Positions 25,581 through 39,050 are shown, counted from the whole stretch's first letter. The stretch is 63,623 bases of DNA, filler included, from Pirum gemmata (GCA_002812295.1; 23 parts of 23 records of this genome joined end to end with filler, not necessarily neighbours in it), one strand, 5' to 3'. The notes: generated from the letters alone by a model not told the origin. Made by a program: numbers and translations.

Positions 25581-26230
25581 ACTTTAGGTTAGCGTTAGCG
25601 TCAGCGTTACGGTGACAATAAAGAGTACGTAGTAGAGGTCGGGTTCAAACCACAAAGACAACATTAACGCGTTAACGCTAACGTAAGGCGGAAATCCAAG
25701 AAAACAAAGAAATATTAATATAAAAATAACTCAAATGTATAAAAATAATAATATAATATAATATTAATAATTTTAATATTAATAATAATGTAATATAATA
25801 ATAAAAACAATTGCAATAATAATATAGTTATAATTAATTATAACAATAATTAATAATAACAATATATAACCATATTTAATAATAATAATAATAATAATAA
25901 TTATAATAATAATAATAATAATAATAATGATAATCATTATTATTATCATCTTCATCATCATTGTCGTCTTCACCATCATCGTCATCGTCAATATTATTAT
26001 TATTATTATCATTATTGCTAACATCAACATTACAACAGTTACCATTTCTAAAAACTAAACTACCTCTATGTCTACCTCTTTCTCCATTGAGACTACTAGT
26101 GTTGCTTAATAATTTATTTTAAACGTTAAATATCATTAATAACAATTAAGTCAGGGTTAATATAAAACTTCTTATGTATCTTCCTACTATTAACCNAGGG
26201 GTTAGGGGTTAAGTATGCTTGTAAAATTAC

Positions 26231-26459
26231 CTCAATCAATGTAGTTCTGTTCGATCTTTCGTTTTCGCGATCTAAATCCAAATTATCAGTTTCAGTATTG
26301 AATTTCAATGGTATGCTAGCAATTTCACGGTAGGTTTCCGGGCCACCACCTAAGTGCTCAGCCTCCAGCCTAAAACAACCCCACATTGCTCTTCTTACTA
26401 TTTCTAAAGCACCAAAAATCGGGGTAACAAGGTTTCTTTCAAAATATCCACCCGTTGAC
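26231..26459 (-). CDS. Internal exon of an EXS-family (XPR1/SYG1/ERD1-like) membrane protein
   Basis: STGGYFERNLVTPIFGALEIVRRAMWGCFRLEAEHL matches the EXS C-terminal signature LEIxRRxxWxxFRLExEHL. TAG acceptor upstream, GTAATT donor at 26230. Confidence 0.85.
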
Positions 26460-26530
26460 CTATATTACAGAATACATATTGGTTTAATATAAACAAAAAA
26501 ATAAACAAAAAAAAAGTCCCCCTTTCCTAT

Positions 26531-26663
26531 ACCTAACCTTACCAATTAACCTTAACCTTAACCTTAACCTTAACCTTAACCTTAACCTTAACCTTAACCT
26601 TAACCTTAACCTTAACCTTAACCTTAACCTTAACCTTAACCTTAAGCTTAACCTTAAGCTTAA
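26531..26663. repeat. (CCTTAA)n array in an EXS gene intron
   Basis: Read directly. Confidence 0.95.
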
Positions 26664-26961
26664 NNNNNNNNNNNNNNNNNNNNNNNNNNNNNNNNNNNNN
26701 NNNNNNNTTAATTAATTAANNNNNNNNNNNNNNNNNNNNNNNNNNNNNNNNNNNNNNNNNNNNTTATTATTATTATTATTATTAGTTCATCATCAAATAT
26801 TGAAAACGAATAACAGTGCCATGGGTAAATATGAGAAAATAGTGAGACAATACTAAACAATAATAATTCTTTTCATATCATATCTATCATATCATATTAG
26901 AAATATAGAATGTGAAAGCGCGTGAAAGAGCTGTGAAAGCTGTGAAAATATATTATTTATT

Positions 26962-27008
<47 letters not shown>

Positions 27009-27603
27009 TATGTGAAGGGGGCTAAACTGTGTTAGGTCTAGGTCAGTGAGTGGTCAATGTAGAACTTTATTTAGACTGCAAATATATATATATAGCAAAA
27101 AAGTGGTTATTTTCGCCATCATATATATATTTTTATTAGAATTTTCAGTTTTCAAACATAAGTAATTCGATAGGTATTTTTTAAAAAAATAGTTTTTTAA
27201 AATTTTCGAACATATATAAAGAAAAAAGTTGGATTTGGTAATCCGTAGGTTAAGTATCCAACTACATTACACGACCATATCTATATATGGTAACATTTTG
27301 TGCGATAGCCTAGCAATTTAGACCCAATTCTGCTCAAACCCGAAAACTCAAATTTCTACTGTCAAAAAAGCCAAAATTCAGCTCCGTTCGAAAAATTTTT
27401 TTTTTCGTAATTTTCGGGTTTTTTAATAAAAAAAATATATTTGAATACTTAATTGTTAACTTAAATATTTCGAACTTATTAATTAACATATAGACTCGAA
27501 TCTTGATGCGCAACTCTACTAGCTACTAGACATATATAGATAAGATTGGACTACTATCATTGGTTAGTATACTTTACACCTGCTATCAGCACCTGCTATC
27601 ATA

Positions 27604-27803
27604 CTGTAAGGTGCAAATAATTTTTTTAAAAAACATCCTACTTTTTTTACTAATTAAAAAAGATTCCACTTATTTTATATATACTCGAAAATTTCAAACC
27701 TACAAAATACCTATTACATTAATTTTATTCGAAAACTAAAAATTCTAGTGAAACCCAAAAAGTTGGACGTTTTTAAACATTGTGTGCACCATACCATATA
27801 CAG
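27604..27803 (+). mobile_element. MITE family F (TA|CTGTAAGGTGCA...TGCACC..ACAG|TA), Tc1/mariner-type
   Basis: Imperfect TIRs flanked by TA; a second copy at 28076-28328 and a diverged copy at 2191-2366. Confidence 0.75.
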
Positions 27804-27830
27804 TATACAATGTTATAGCTAGCTTTCTAT

Positions 27831-28063
27831 AGTAGGGGTGAGATATCTACTGGAACTTTTTTCGAACAGATGCTTATCGAGCCAACCTTAGTTCCGTATT
27901 TATTACTAATAATAGCAGTTAAATAGCTTCCAATGGAAATTTAATTATAATAGATACCAATTAAAGTAATAATAATAACATTAATAGTAATAGAAACCAT
28001 AAAAATCGGAAAAGTTCCGGCAGCTGCTCGGTAATAATAAAATGACGTCATCTCACCCCTACT
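27831..28063. mobile_element. MITE family E: 14-bp perfect TIR AGTAGGGGTGAGAT, 8-bp target duplication CTTTCTAT
   Basis: TSD at 27823-27830 and 28064-28071; a second, one-ended copy in opposite orientation at 34979-35173. Confidence 0.92.
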
Positions 28064-28659
28064 CTTTCTATCATACTGTAAGGTGCAAACAATCTAAAAA
28101 CATCAAACAATTAAAAACATCCTACTTTTTTTACTATGTATCATAATTAAAAAAATTTCAAACCTATCAAAATACAGCTCAAAATACCTATTACATTAAT
28201 TTTATTCGAAAACTAAAAATTCTAGTGAATCCCAAAAGTCGGACGTTTTTTAAAAAAATTGTGTGCACCAATATACCTCTAGTAACAGTCCTCTAGCTAG
28301 CTACTAGCTAGCTATTGATAGTACAGTATACAATGTATAGCTAGCTTTCCTACTAGCTAGCTTTCTCAAATATAATATTATAATTATAAAGCTTTCTCTC
28401 CAGTAGTTATTAGTTAGTGGCTTCAAAAAAAAAAAGACCTAGTTCTAACTTCTAACCCCTTTTAACGTTCGATTTAAACTTCAGGACAAAATTTAATATG
28501 GTTTAATTACTTCAATGAATGGTACGAATTTAGGATGTTTTTTGGGCGATGGGTAACTAGCTAGGGATGGGTCACACCGGTTACAGGTAACAACAGTTAC
28601 AAGTTCAACTTACAGCACCCTTTTTCCAATTTTGCTGTACATAACCTAAAAAAAGAAAA

Positions 28660-29161
28660 CTCTAACCCTAAACCTAGCTACATAGGTAAACACTAACAGT
28701 ACCCTAACCCTACTGATCCTAGAGCTAACCCTAACCTTAAACCCAGTCTAACCCTAATCCTAACCCTAACAGCTCTCCCTAACCCTAACCCTAACCCTAA
28801 CCCTAACCCTAATTATAACCCTAATCATAACCCTAACCCTAACCCTAACCCTAACCCTAACCCTAATCCTAACCCTAACCCTAATCTTATTCCTAATACT
28901 AACCCTAACTAACCCTTACCCTTACCCTTACCCTTACCCTAGCGTTAGGCCTAATTATAACTTTAAACCTAACCCTAACCCTAACCCTAACCCTCTCCCT
29001 AACCCTAACCCTAACCCTAACCCTAACCCTAACCCTAACCCTAACCCTAACCCTAACCCTAATCATAACCCTAACCATAACCCTAACCCTAACCCTAACC
29101 CTAACCCTAATCCTAACCCTAACCCTAATCTTAATCCTAATCCTAACCCTAACTAACCCTT
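28660..29161. repeat. (CCCTAA)n degenerate array
   Basis: Read directly; orientation is wrong for a right-hand chromosome end. Confidence 0.95.
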
Positions 29162-29667
29162 NNNNNNNNNNNNNNNNNNNNNNNNNNNNNNNNNNNNNNN
29201 NNNNNTTAATTAATTAANNNNNNNNNNNNNNNNNNNNNNNNNNNNNNNNNNNNNNNNNNNNATGACAAAACAACTGAAAAGCACGATATAAATACAAAAA
29301 GAAGACAACTAGACTATCACTACCCGTCTACCACCAGACAACTACCAGGAAACTCTTCCAAACAAAAAAAAAAAAAAAAAAAAAATTTTTTTTTTTTATA
29401 AAATATGTTATAAAAAAAAAAAAAAAAAAAAAGAACCACAGTAAGCAAATAAAGAAAAGATCTTCTTTGTTTTAGTAATAATTACATTTATCCCCTAAAT
29501 TAGGTAAAATAATCAAAAAAAGAATATATATATATATATATAGGAAATATTAAAATAATGAACCAAAAAATAACCAAATAGCGGAATATATTTTCATTTT
29601 TAGTATTCACTACATTTTGCACCGTGTTGTGTAAGTGTTGTGTAACTTGTGTTACTGTTGTGTTCCG

Positions 29668-29803
29668 AAGTTGCCAATTTCTGGTCAAATACAGCTTCAA
29701 GTACCCTACCTAGGCTACCTACCCCTCAATGTTAAAATTAATTTCTGGTCAAATACCACCTAACTACCTACCCCTTGACGTGACGTACTACTTGAACGCA
29801 CCC
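29668..29803 (-). mobile_element. MITE family H (terminus GGG[A/T]GCGTTCAA[A/G]TA; PIF/Harbinger-like)
   Basis: GGGGTAGGTAGG / TATTTGACYGGAAAT subrepeats shared with 51417-51526 and 52017-52155; ends ...GAACGC[A/T]CCC|TAA; terminus remnant at about 10360. Confidence 0.7.
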
Positions 29804-29914
29804 TAATAATGTTTGGAGGCATGAGACTTATTAGTTAGTCACGTCTACTAAAGAAGCTAGCTAGTAGCAATGTACCCCACATGTAGGCCTCATAATTATT
29901 TATGATTGCATAAT

Positions 29915-30115
29915 TATCGTCTATTTCATTTTAGTTGTATCTTTAATTTGGTGCTGTTTAAGTGTAAAATTAAACTTGCTTATAAAATACAATATTAATT
30001 ATAAAATACCAAATTAATTAAAACATGTCTGATAGTTTAACCATAATAATAATTTGGTATATTATGTTTATTTAATTAGTTTTTGAACTGGACAACACTA
30101 TTGAAAAACACGATA
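29915..30115 (+). mobile_element. MITE family A, full-length copy (TATCGT...ACGATA)
   Basis: Both termini present; at least six copies in the window. Confidence 0.85.
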
Positions 30116-30197
30116 CATGATATCTCATATTATAATAATATTTACTTTATCAATCAGTTTTGAACTCGAACTCCTTTCAAGATAATAATATTACATA

Positions 30198-30481
30198 GAC
30201 ACTTAGTGCGATAAAAGTGACAAAATGTGCGAATTCTGGACTTTAGAATTTCAGTTGCTATATTTAAAAAATATTATGTGATTACCTTTATATGGCCCAC
30301 CGAGGGCCATAATTGGCTCATATTCAGTCTATGACGTCATTATTCAGTTTAATTAATAAAGCCAAATAAGGCGATATTCAGTAATCTCGTGAATATAAAG
30401 GTAATCACATACTAAATATAGCAGCTAAATTTCTAAAATCCAGAATTAGCACATTTTGTCGCTTTTATCGCATTAAGTGTC
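30198..30481. mobile_element. Foldback element family J with about 95-bp TIRs (TA|GACACTT...AAGTGTC|TATA)
   Basis: Long imperfect inverted repeats; shorter relatives at 30553-30626, 12572-12646 and about 43544. Confidence 0.88.
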
Positions 30482-31224
30482 TATATAATTATTATAATAA
30501 TTATTATCATATTATATTAATTAATATAAATATATTACAATTATATTATATAGACACTTTCTTTAAATTTGTAGACATTTTATGCGATAAAAAGTGATAA
30601 AAGTACGAATACTGGCATAAAGTGTCTATATACATAGCAAATTTTTAAATATTCGGCGAAAATAACCGAATATTTGCTATATATTTATAATAGTATATTA
30701 ATATAATTATTATATCATTGAAAATATCGCCTGAAAATTTATAAAATAAAACATTTTATAATTGTAATTAGTTATAATTTTTAAAATATACAAATATTTA
30801 AAACATGCATATGGCTGATATATAGTTTTACCACAAGTAAGAATATTGGCACGTTAATATCCTAGCATTAATTAACGTTTATTTCAGTTTTTGAACTATT
30901 GAAAATTTTAACACGATAATAATTAATATAATATCATAAAAAATTTATATAAATAAAAAAATAATAATTCATATTTTCATAGTAATAATATTATAATAAA
31001 TAATGACTATCATAATTATTAAATCTAGAATAATATCAAACTTGCCAAAGTTGTTTATTTACAAGAACTCCAAGAAAAAAACCTGCAGCTGGCCATGGGG
31101 TTCTACTAGTTATTTTATATTTATAATATATGATAAATTATAAACAGTAAATAAATCAAAAAATGATCATGTTCATGACTTGCTATGATTTATTTACAAG
31201 AAATTAAAAAAAAATTTTTTATTG

Positions 31225-32545
31225 TGTTAGGGTTAACGTTAGGTTAGTTTAGGGTTGATAGGTTAATGCCACATGTTACGTATAAGGTTAGGATTAGGGT
31301 TAAGGAGCTGTTAAGGTTAGGGTTAGGGTTTAAGGTTAGGATTAGGGACTGTTAGGGTTAAGGTTAGGGTTAGGGTTAGAGTTAGAGTTAGGGTTAAGAT
31401 TAGGGTTAGGGTTATGGTTAGGGTTAGGGTTAAAGGTTTAGGGTTATGGTTAATTAAGCTTAGGCTCTCTAGGGTTATAGTTAAAAATTCATAGGGTTAG
31501 GGTTAGGGTTAGGGTTAGGGTTAGGGTTAGGGTTAGGGTTAGAGTCAGGGTTGGTTAGTTAGAGTTTGGGTTTTCATGGTAGTCTAAAAAAACATTTGTT
31601 ACTTTTGAGTTTTGAGTTTCAACTTTCAACTTTCAAAAAAAAAAAAAAAAAAAAAAAAAAANNNNNNNNNNNNNNNNNNNNNNNNNNNNNNNNNNNNNNN
31701 NNNNNTTAATTAATTAANNNNNNNNNNNNNNNNNNNNNNNNNNNNNNNNNNNNNNNNNNNNTTTTTATCTAATAATATAAAAATAAATAACTCAACCCAT
31801 CCCCACCATCACCATCACCATAACCATCACCATCACCATTACCATTACCATCACCATCACCATATCACCATCACCATCATCATCATCATCACCATCACCA
31901 TATCACCATCACCATCACCATCACCATCACCATCACCATCACCGTCACCGTCAACCATCATTACCACAAATGTAAAAATACGCCCAATTCCACCACCTTC
32001 AAAAAGTTTTTTCTAATTTCTAAGAACTTTTTTTTTTAAAAAAAATAATTTTTTAATAAAATCAAAAATTAGATCGAAAAATTTGTAAAATTTCGAACTA
32101 GTCTCGATTCGATGATTTTTCCCGAATCTCCATATGAAAAAAAAAGACTTAGATACAACTCTCGACTAGCTAGAGTTATAATTAGGATTAAGGTTAGTTA
32201 GGGTTACGGTTACGGTTTAATACAGTTACGGCTAAGGTTAGGGTTAGGGTTTTAGGGTTAGAGTTACGGTTACGGTTACGATTACGATTACGGTTATGAT
32301 TACAGTTACGGTTACGGTTACGGTTACGGTTACGGTTACGGTTACGGTTACGGTTACGGTCAGGGTCAGAGTTAGGGTTAAGAGTCAGAGTTAGGGTTAG
32401 GGTTAAGGTTAGGGTTAAGGTTAGGGTTAGAGTTAGACTTAGAGTTGAGTTAGGGTTAAGGTTAGGGTTGGAGTTAGAGATAGAGTTAGGGTTAGGGTTA
32501 GGGTTATGTGGGTTAAGGTTAGAGTTAGAGTTAGAGTTAGGGTAA
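31225..32545. repeat. TTAGGG/TTAGAG/TTACGG arrays (31225-31570 and 32170-32545, on different contigs) and a (CACCAT)n tract at 31803-31965
   Basis: Read directly. Confidence 0.9.
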
Positions 32546-32859
32546 TTGTATTTATTATTAAAAGGGACGACTTTTCCAGACAAAAAGAGAAATAAGACCT
32601 TAATTTAGGTTACTTGGGAGTTTGGGGATACAGTGTAGCCAACGTGAAAGCGATAAAACTCGATGCGTTCCTTCTTGAACCCCTTATTAAACTTCTTCCT
32701 ACTATATATCAATACATACTAGAGTAAATGAATTAATCCCATGTGTGTATTAATACTACATGTGTGTGTGCGATTTTACCCTTTTTTAACTTTACCGTAA
32801 GTGGAAGGTTGTAGAAAACAAAAAGGATGAAAAACCTCGCCACAATGTTAATTAACTTT

Positions 32860-33030
32860 TATTGTACTTTTCAGTTGTTTTGTCATCATAAAGTATACAA
32901 TAAAGAGCACCAAATCAATACAATATAAATCCATTTCATTTTATTTGGTATATTTTATTATCTATTTATTCATTTAAAAATGTCAGTTTAAATATTATAA
33001 CCTACCAAACAAATATTCAGGGTGACAAAA
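32860..33030 (-). mobile_element. MITE family B copy
   Basis: Reverse complement of 38751-38937 and 51724-51887; a partial forward copy follows at 33131-33197. Confidence 0.85.
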
Positions 33031-33195
33031 CTATGGTTTTTTTAAAATGTTGTCTTTTCTTTCTATCATAAATATTTAAATATTTTAAAATAATTAATAT
33101 TTTTATATCAATAACATTATTGTATAATAATATTGTGCTTTTCATTTATTTTGTCACTCCGAATATTTATTTGGTTGGTTATAATATTTAAACTG

Positions 33196-33238
<43 letters not shown>

Positions 33239-33254
33239 TTACTATTACTACTAT

Positions 33255-33301
<47 letters not shown>

Positions 33302-33580
33302 NNNNNNNNNNNNNNNNNNNNNNNNNNNNNNNNNNNNNNNNNNNNNNNNNNNNNNNTATTATATTATATTATATTATTTTATATTATATTATGTATTGTA
33401 TGATATTGTATTGTATTGTATTGTATTAATATTATATTATATTACATTGTATTGTATTAATATTGTATTGTATTGTATTGTATTAATATTACATTGTATT
33501 GTATGTATTGTATTGTATCTTTTTATTTTATTTTTTTGCATTGCCCCGTACTCATGTTATGTATTTTTGTTCTTGATTAG

Positions 33581-33690
33581 ATTACTTCGGAGCTCATACT
33601 TACGAACTTTTAGATGAACCTGGAAAATTTGTTCACAACAACTGGACTGGACATGGTGGAAGTGTATCCTCTTCCACTTATAATGCATAA
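33581..33690 (+). CDS. PGD: Last exon of 6-phosphogluconate dehydrogenase (not in the ORF track)
   Basis: After the TTAG acceptor: (D)YFGAHTYELLDEPGKFVHNNWTGHGGSVSSSTYNA*, the recognisable 6PGD C-terminus (DYFGAHTYE...HxNWTGHGG). Confidence 0.95.
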
Positions 33691-34308
33691 AGTTTAAAAA
33701 AATTGAAATGAAAGTTAGTTTGTTTTCTTGATTTTTTAATTTTCGAAACCGAAAGAAACGGGTTTGAAAAAGATAAAACATATGACAAAAATTATGATTT
33801 GAAACAAATTCAGTAATAATTATAATAAAAATTCTCTCATAAAAACCCAAATCCATCCCCATTTTTTTAAAGTTTATATAGAATTTCAAATATGTGCCCA
33901 CATACTTAAAAAATAATCAACCACGATGTGTTTATTTTAGTCAACATAAATTATAAACAATGATCAAAAATAATGAACAAATAATAAACAAATAATAAAC
34001 AAATAATATATTATAGTATATACATACTATTATATATATATATATATATTATTAATTTTTTTCATTATTATTATTGTTATTGAATATTATTAAGTGATGA
34101 TAATAAATATGTGATAGTACTATTTGAACACCAGCCAGATGTTGAACCTCTCAAAATAATGTACTGAGAAATGATTTGTTCACTATTTGATCACTTTGAC
34201 CACAACTGTCGGCTACACTGTCGAAAAATGAACTTTGGTCTTGTCGTTGGATGGTATCTATAGACTATCGTAATAGTGATGAAAACATCAACAGCAACAA
34301 ACTAAACT

Positions 34309-34970
34309 ATGAACTGTTTAATTAAATTTAATACAAAACAAAAAAAATTCCTTCACCCAACAATACAACAACAATACAATGAAATAGCTATAGGTAATTA
34401 TAAAAAAGAAAAAACAAATATATTAATAGAAATACTCCCCAAGCCCAAACCACTAGTAATCCCCCCCTCCAATAGTTGCAATTGGAATCTACAATTGATT
34501 ACGACAAACAGTAGTATAAAACCATAGAAGAAAGCCTCAAAGCAAAAACTTATAATGATAACAACCTCAACAACCTATGGAACATAAAACAAAATGAAAT
34601 GAAAAAAATAATCAAAAACAGGAGAATCAATACAAAAAATATTATCAACAATAATTTTAAATAGTCACATATACAGAAACCGATGAAATTGAAATAAATA
34701 CTTTGAAATATATTTCCAAAATTACACATAAAAATCAACCCGTTAGTTTAGACGAATGGTTTGACTTGTTTTTCTTGCTGCAAAGGAGAACTATGTATTG
34801 ATTGTTTTGAAAAACTGGTTAAATGCCCTTATTGCAATGCGATTATCGAAGATCAATTAGAATGCCGGAAACAAGAAGCAATTCTGCGTAGAAACGAAGT
34901 GCTAAGTGCAACAAATCAGGTTTTTATGGAATTTAAGAGAACGTGTATTCTCCTTATTAGAACTAGCTAG
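34309..34970 (+). pseudogene. Degraded intronless ORF ending in a RING-finger-like remnant
   Basis: CC-x4-C-x2-C-x6-CPYC resembles the second half of a RING domain; upstream PVSLDEW lies in another frame; several stops and frameshifts. Confidence 0.45.
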
Positions 34971-35563
34971 TATGGTATAGTAGGGTGAGATGACGTCATT
35001 TTATTATTACCGAACAGCTGCCGGAACTTTTCCGAATTTATGGTTTTTATTACTATTAATGTTAATATTGTTACTTTAATTGGTATCTACTATAATTAGA
35101 TTTACTATTTTAAGCTATTTAACTGCTATTATTAGTAAGGAACACGGAACTAAGGTTGGCTCGATAAGCATCTAGGGTAGTCATCTAGCTACTAGCTGGC
35201 TAGCTAGTAGCTATGATAGTAAAAAGCTCTTATCGGAGGTATCATTATTTATTTGACTTAGACCTCATGGTTAAAAATTTTATTTAAAATAATAATGATA
35301 ATAATATATCGATAAAATAATAAAATTTAATATGAAGTCATTATCACGATATTATGTGAATATGTAGACGAGTAAATATCATAGAGTATAAGTTTTCATA
35401 ACTGTCTTAAAATGCTAATATATTCTAGACGGTCTACATAATCTACATCCTCTAACCATTAATAAAAAATTGTATAATTTATTTTCAAATTTTCAAAATA
35501 ATTATTTTCGTTGCTAACAAACTACTTTTTGGTGTTGTTCTATCTGAATTAACTTAAAAACGA

Positions 35564-35722
35564 ATGAATAATATGATTCCCAACGAAGCTCCTCCTTCGA
35601 AAATGCGAGGCTTTTTTCGTATGTTCAACGATGCTGTTGAGTCACAAACCGAACCCTTGAAATTTGCCCGTCGTCAACAAGTACGTGGCTGGGAGGAAGC
35701 CATGAAAGGCTCTTTTAACAAG
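35564..35722 (+). CDS. First exon of an unknown gene
   Basis: MNNMIPNEAPPSKMRGFFRMFNDAVESQTEPLKFARRQQVRGWEEAMKGSFNK followed by AAG|GTTTGG; elevated GC; the contig ends in the intron. Confidence 0.65.
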
Positions 35723-35865
35723 GTTTGGAAATTTAAATAATGTTATCTGATTATTATTATTATTANNNNNNNNNNNNNNNNNNNNNNNNNNNNNNNNNNN
35801 NNNNNNNNNTTAATTAATTAANNNNNNNNNNNNNNNNNNNNNNNNNNNNNNNNNNNNNNNNNNNN

Positions 35866-35899
<34 letters not shown>

Positions 35900-36606
35900 G
35901 ATTATTAGCAGGGACACCGAATACTCTTATAATAATAAAATAATAGAAATAAAAACAAGGATAAAGATAAAAACGCGAGACAACAATGACAATGACAATG
36001 ACAACAATCAAATCATAAATCATAAAATCATAAAATCATAAATTAAAAATGATATAGTTACAAAAAGGATAAGTGATAAACGATAAATGATAAATGATAA
36101 ATGATAACGAAAACGAAAACGACTGCTATAACTATAACTATAACGAAAACAAAAAACGATAACGATAACGATGACAAATGATAAAAGATAAATGATAACG
36201 AAAACGAAAACGATTACTATTGCTATAACGAAAACGAAAAACGATAACGATAACGATAACAAAACAATAACAAAAACGATAACAATAATAATAATAATAA
36301 TAATAAAGACACATTGACACAATGACAATGACAAAGACAAAGCCAACGACAAAGACAATGACAATGACAATCATAAATGATAAATGATAAATGACAAATG
36401 ATAAAGGTTTCGGCCACAGCAATGATAACGGCAACGGTAACCATAAGCATAACCATAACAACAACAATAACGATAACAATAACGATGACAATAACGGTAA
36501 CAATAACGGTAACAATAACGATAACGATAACAATAACAATAACGATAACAATAAATGAAAAATGAAAATGAAAATGATAACAATAGTGATGATAAACATG
36601 AAATAC

Positions 36607-36681
36607 GGAAGCAACAGCAACGGCTGGTTCAGGGGGGGAAGGAGAATCTCCAGCAGTAAAGTCAATGGTTCCACCGCTCAT
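36607..36681 (-). CDS. Possible short first exon (MSGGTIDFTAGDSPSPPEPAVAVAS)
   Basis: GC-rich island between microsatellites, ATG start, GTATTT donor. Confidence 0.4.
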
Positions 36682-36796
36682 ATTCAAAAGATTATATGTA
36701 TATATATATAATAATAATAATAATAACAATAATAATAATAATAATAATAAACGTGTTCAAACAACTTTTATTTATTTATTTATTTACCTTATCTAT

Positions 36797-36835
<39 letters not shown>

Positions 36836-38750
36836 TTTTATTATTATGGTATATATATATATATTATACATATATATATGATGCCAATTACTTATTGTTG
36901 TACTACACTACTATATATGATAGACTATAGTTTATTTGCATGCTCTTTTTTACTAGCTAGTCTAGCTCTTTTTTATTTTTATTTTTATCAATAAATAGAC
37001 TATTATTATATTATTATTATCAATACTAAAGTCTTATAAATAAACTAGACTTGTTTTTTTTCTTTTTGTCTTTTTTTTGTTCCATGGTCTACCTAAAAAG
37101 TTCGATCGAGAAAATCTCGATAAACACTTTCGAGTTTGTATTGATTGTAGTTGATTGTACGATAATAATATGGTGGAATACTTTCGATTTGATGATGATT
37201 TTGATCGATAAAAATCTACTAAAAAATCTAAAAAATCTAAAACAGCACGCTACTGTCTAGCTAGAGCTAGCTAGCTATCGGATACCTGTGTTGGATACTG
37301 CTAGCAGCTGTAGACCGGAGACTACCATATCAAGGGGGATTCAACTTTCAAGGGAGGGAGTTGAGGGAGACCTATCAAGGATAATGGAGAATATCGAAAG
37401 CAAAAAATGAAAACTCCTTTCTTACCATATATGGTAACACATGTGTCAATATTCTTTTTTTGGTTATAATATTTACATAAGTAGATATATACTGGAAATT
37501 CTGTCTTTCTTCCACGGTTCCACAATCCACAGACTAACTGTAGACTAGTAGAAGCTGTAGTAGACTATTGTGATTCCACACTCCACAGTTCCACTTCCAC
37601 GCCAGGCCTGGTCCTTTTTTTCTTCTTCCAGGACAAGTGAAAATACCCTTTTTTTTCCCTAGAACTTTTTTCACTGTTTTTTCCTTTTATTTTATTTTAG
37701 ACTACTCTAGCTAGCCAGTCTACTTCTATCACAAGATTCACAAGTTCTATCAATAGCTAGCTAGCTATGATAAATCCATTCATAATATTCATAATGCACT
37801 GTAGTATTGATATCATAGTAGTATGATATCATATCAGATAGAGGATTGGGTAGGGTCTATGTGATTCTAGCTAGACAGACTATATAAAATTTAAATATCG
37901 ATAGTATCATACCAATATAAACTACCAATATTCAATGGTAGTATAAAAATTCAACAAGGACTTCAAATAATTTTGAAGTCCTTAAGCTTGTTATTTATCT
38001 ACTATCAATTTTATATTTTAAATAAATAAAAAAATTATTATAAATCATATATATATGATTTATTTATAAATACCCCGATTATTAAATAGTAGAAATAATT
38101 TTAAACTTTAAAGCACGATGAGATCGATACTTATAAAAATGCCTATGACGCATCCTTTTATAAATAGTACATACCGTATTAATACTCCACTTATTATTTA
38201 TTATTTATTGTTTATTGTTTATTATTTATTATNNNNNNNNNNNNNNNNNNNNNNNNNNNNNNNNNNNNNNNNNNNNTTAATTAATTAANNNNNNNNNNNN
38301 NNNNNNNNNNNNNNNNNNNNNNNNNNNNNNNNTAGGGTTAGGGTTAGGGTTAGAGTTAGGGTTATAGTTAGGGTTATAATTAAGGTTAGGGTTAGGGTTA
38401 TAGTTAGGGCTTTAATTAAGGTTAGGGTTAGGGTTAGGGTTAGGGTTAGGCCTAAGATTATGGTTCCTATTTTGATGTGTTGCTAGTTATTTTACTTTCT
38501 TACTCTAATTTTGATACTGTTTTACTGATTTTTTTTTTTTTGCCTTTTTCCTTTTGCCTTTTTTCCTTTCCGTGTTTTGCCTTTTCATGTTTTGCCTTTT
38601 GTCTTTTTTTACTTTATGTGAAATAGGAGTACATTACAAATTAGTCCCAGAAGAAGCGTGGGACTACATCACTCAATTCTATGAAGTTATCGGAGAACCG
38701 GTAGTGGTGGGCGATAATACCTAAAACTCGTTAATTAAAAGTAATATATA

Positions 38751-38937
38751 TATTGTGCTTTTCATTTATTTTGTCACTTTGAATATTTATTTGGTGGTGT
38801 ATAGCCTTTAAAGTGACATTTTTAAATGAATACATAGATAATAAAATATACCAAATTAAATGAAATGGATTTATATTGTTTTAATTTGGTACTCTTTATT
38901 ATATGTATTTATGATGACAAAACAACTGAAAAATATA
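38751..38937 (+). mobile_element. MITE family B copy
   Basis: TATTGTGCTTTTCATTTATTTTGTCA...TGACAAAACAACTGAAAA; a reverse copy lies at 39491-39650. Confidence 0.85.
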
Positions 38938-39019
38938 TACAAAAGCCCACATCTGGACCCATATAATACTTCATAGATGTTTGTAGTACGTCTATGTACA
39001 TATATATATATATATATAT

Positions 39020-39050
39020 GCCAAGGACCGAAAGACCCACATCTGGTTCC
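39020..39050. mobile_element. 31-bp element family I embedded in (TA)n
   Basis: GCCAAGGACCGAAAGACCCACATCTGGTTCC; related copies at 20689-20716, 24271-24301, 38944-38960, 40361-40390 and 43578-43605. Confidence 0.75.
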
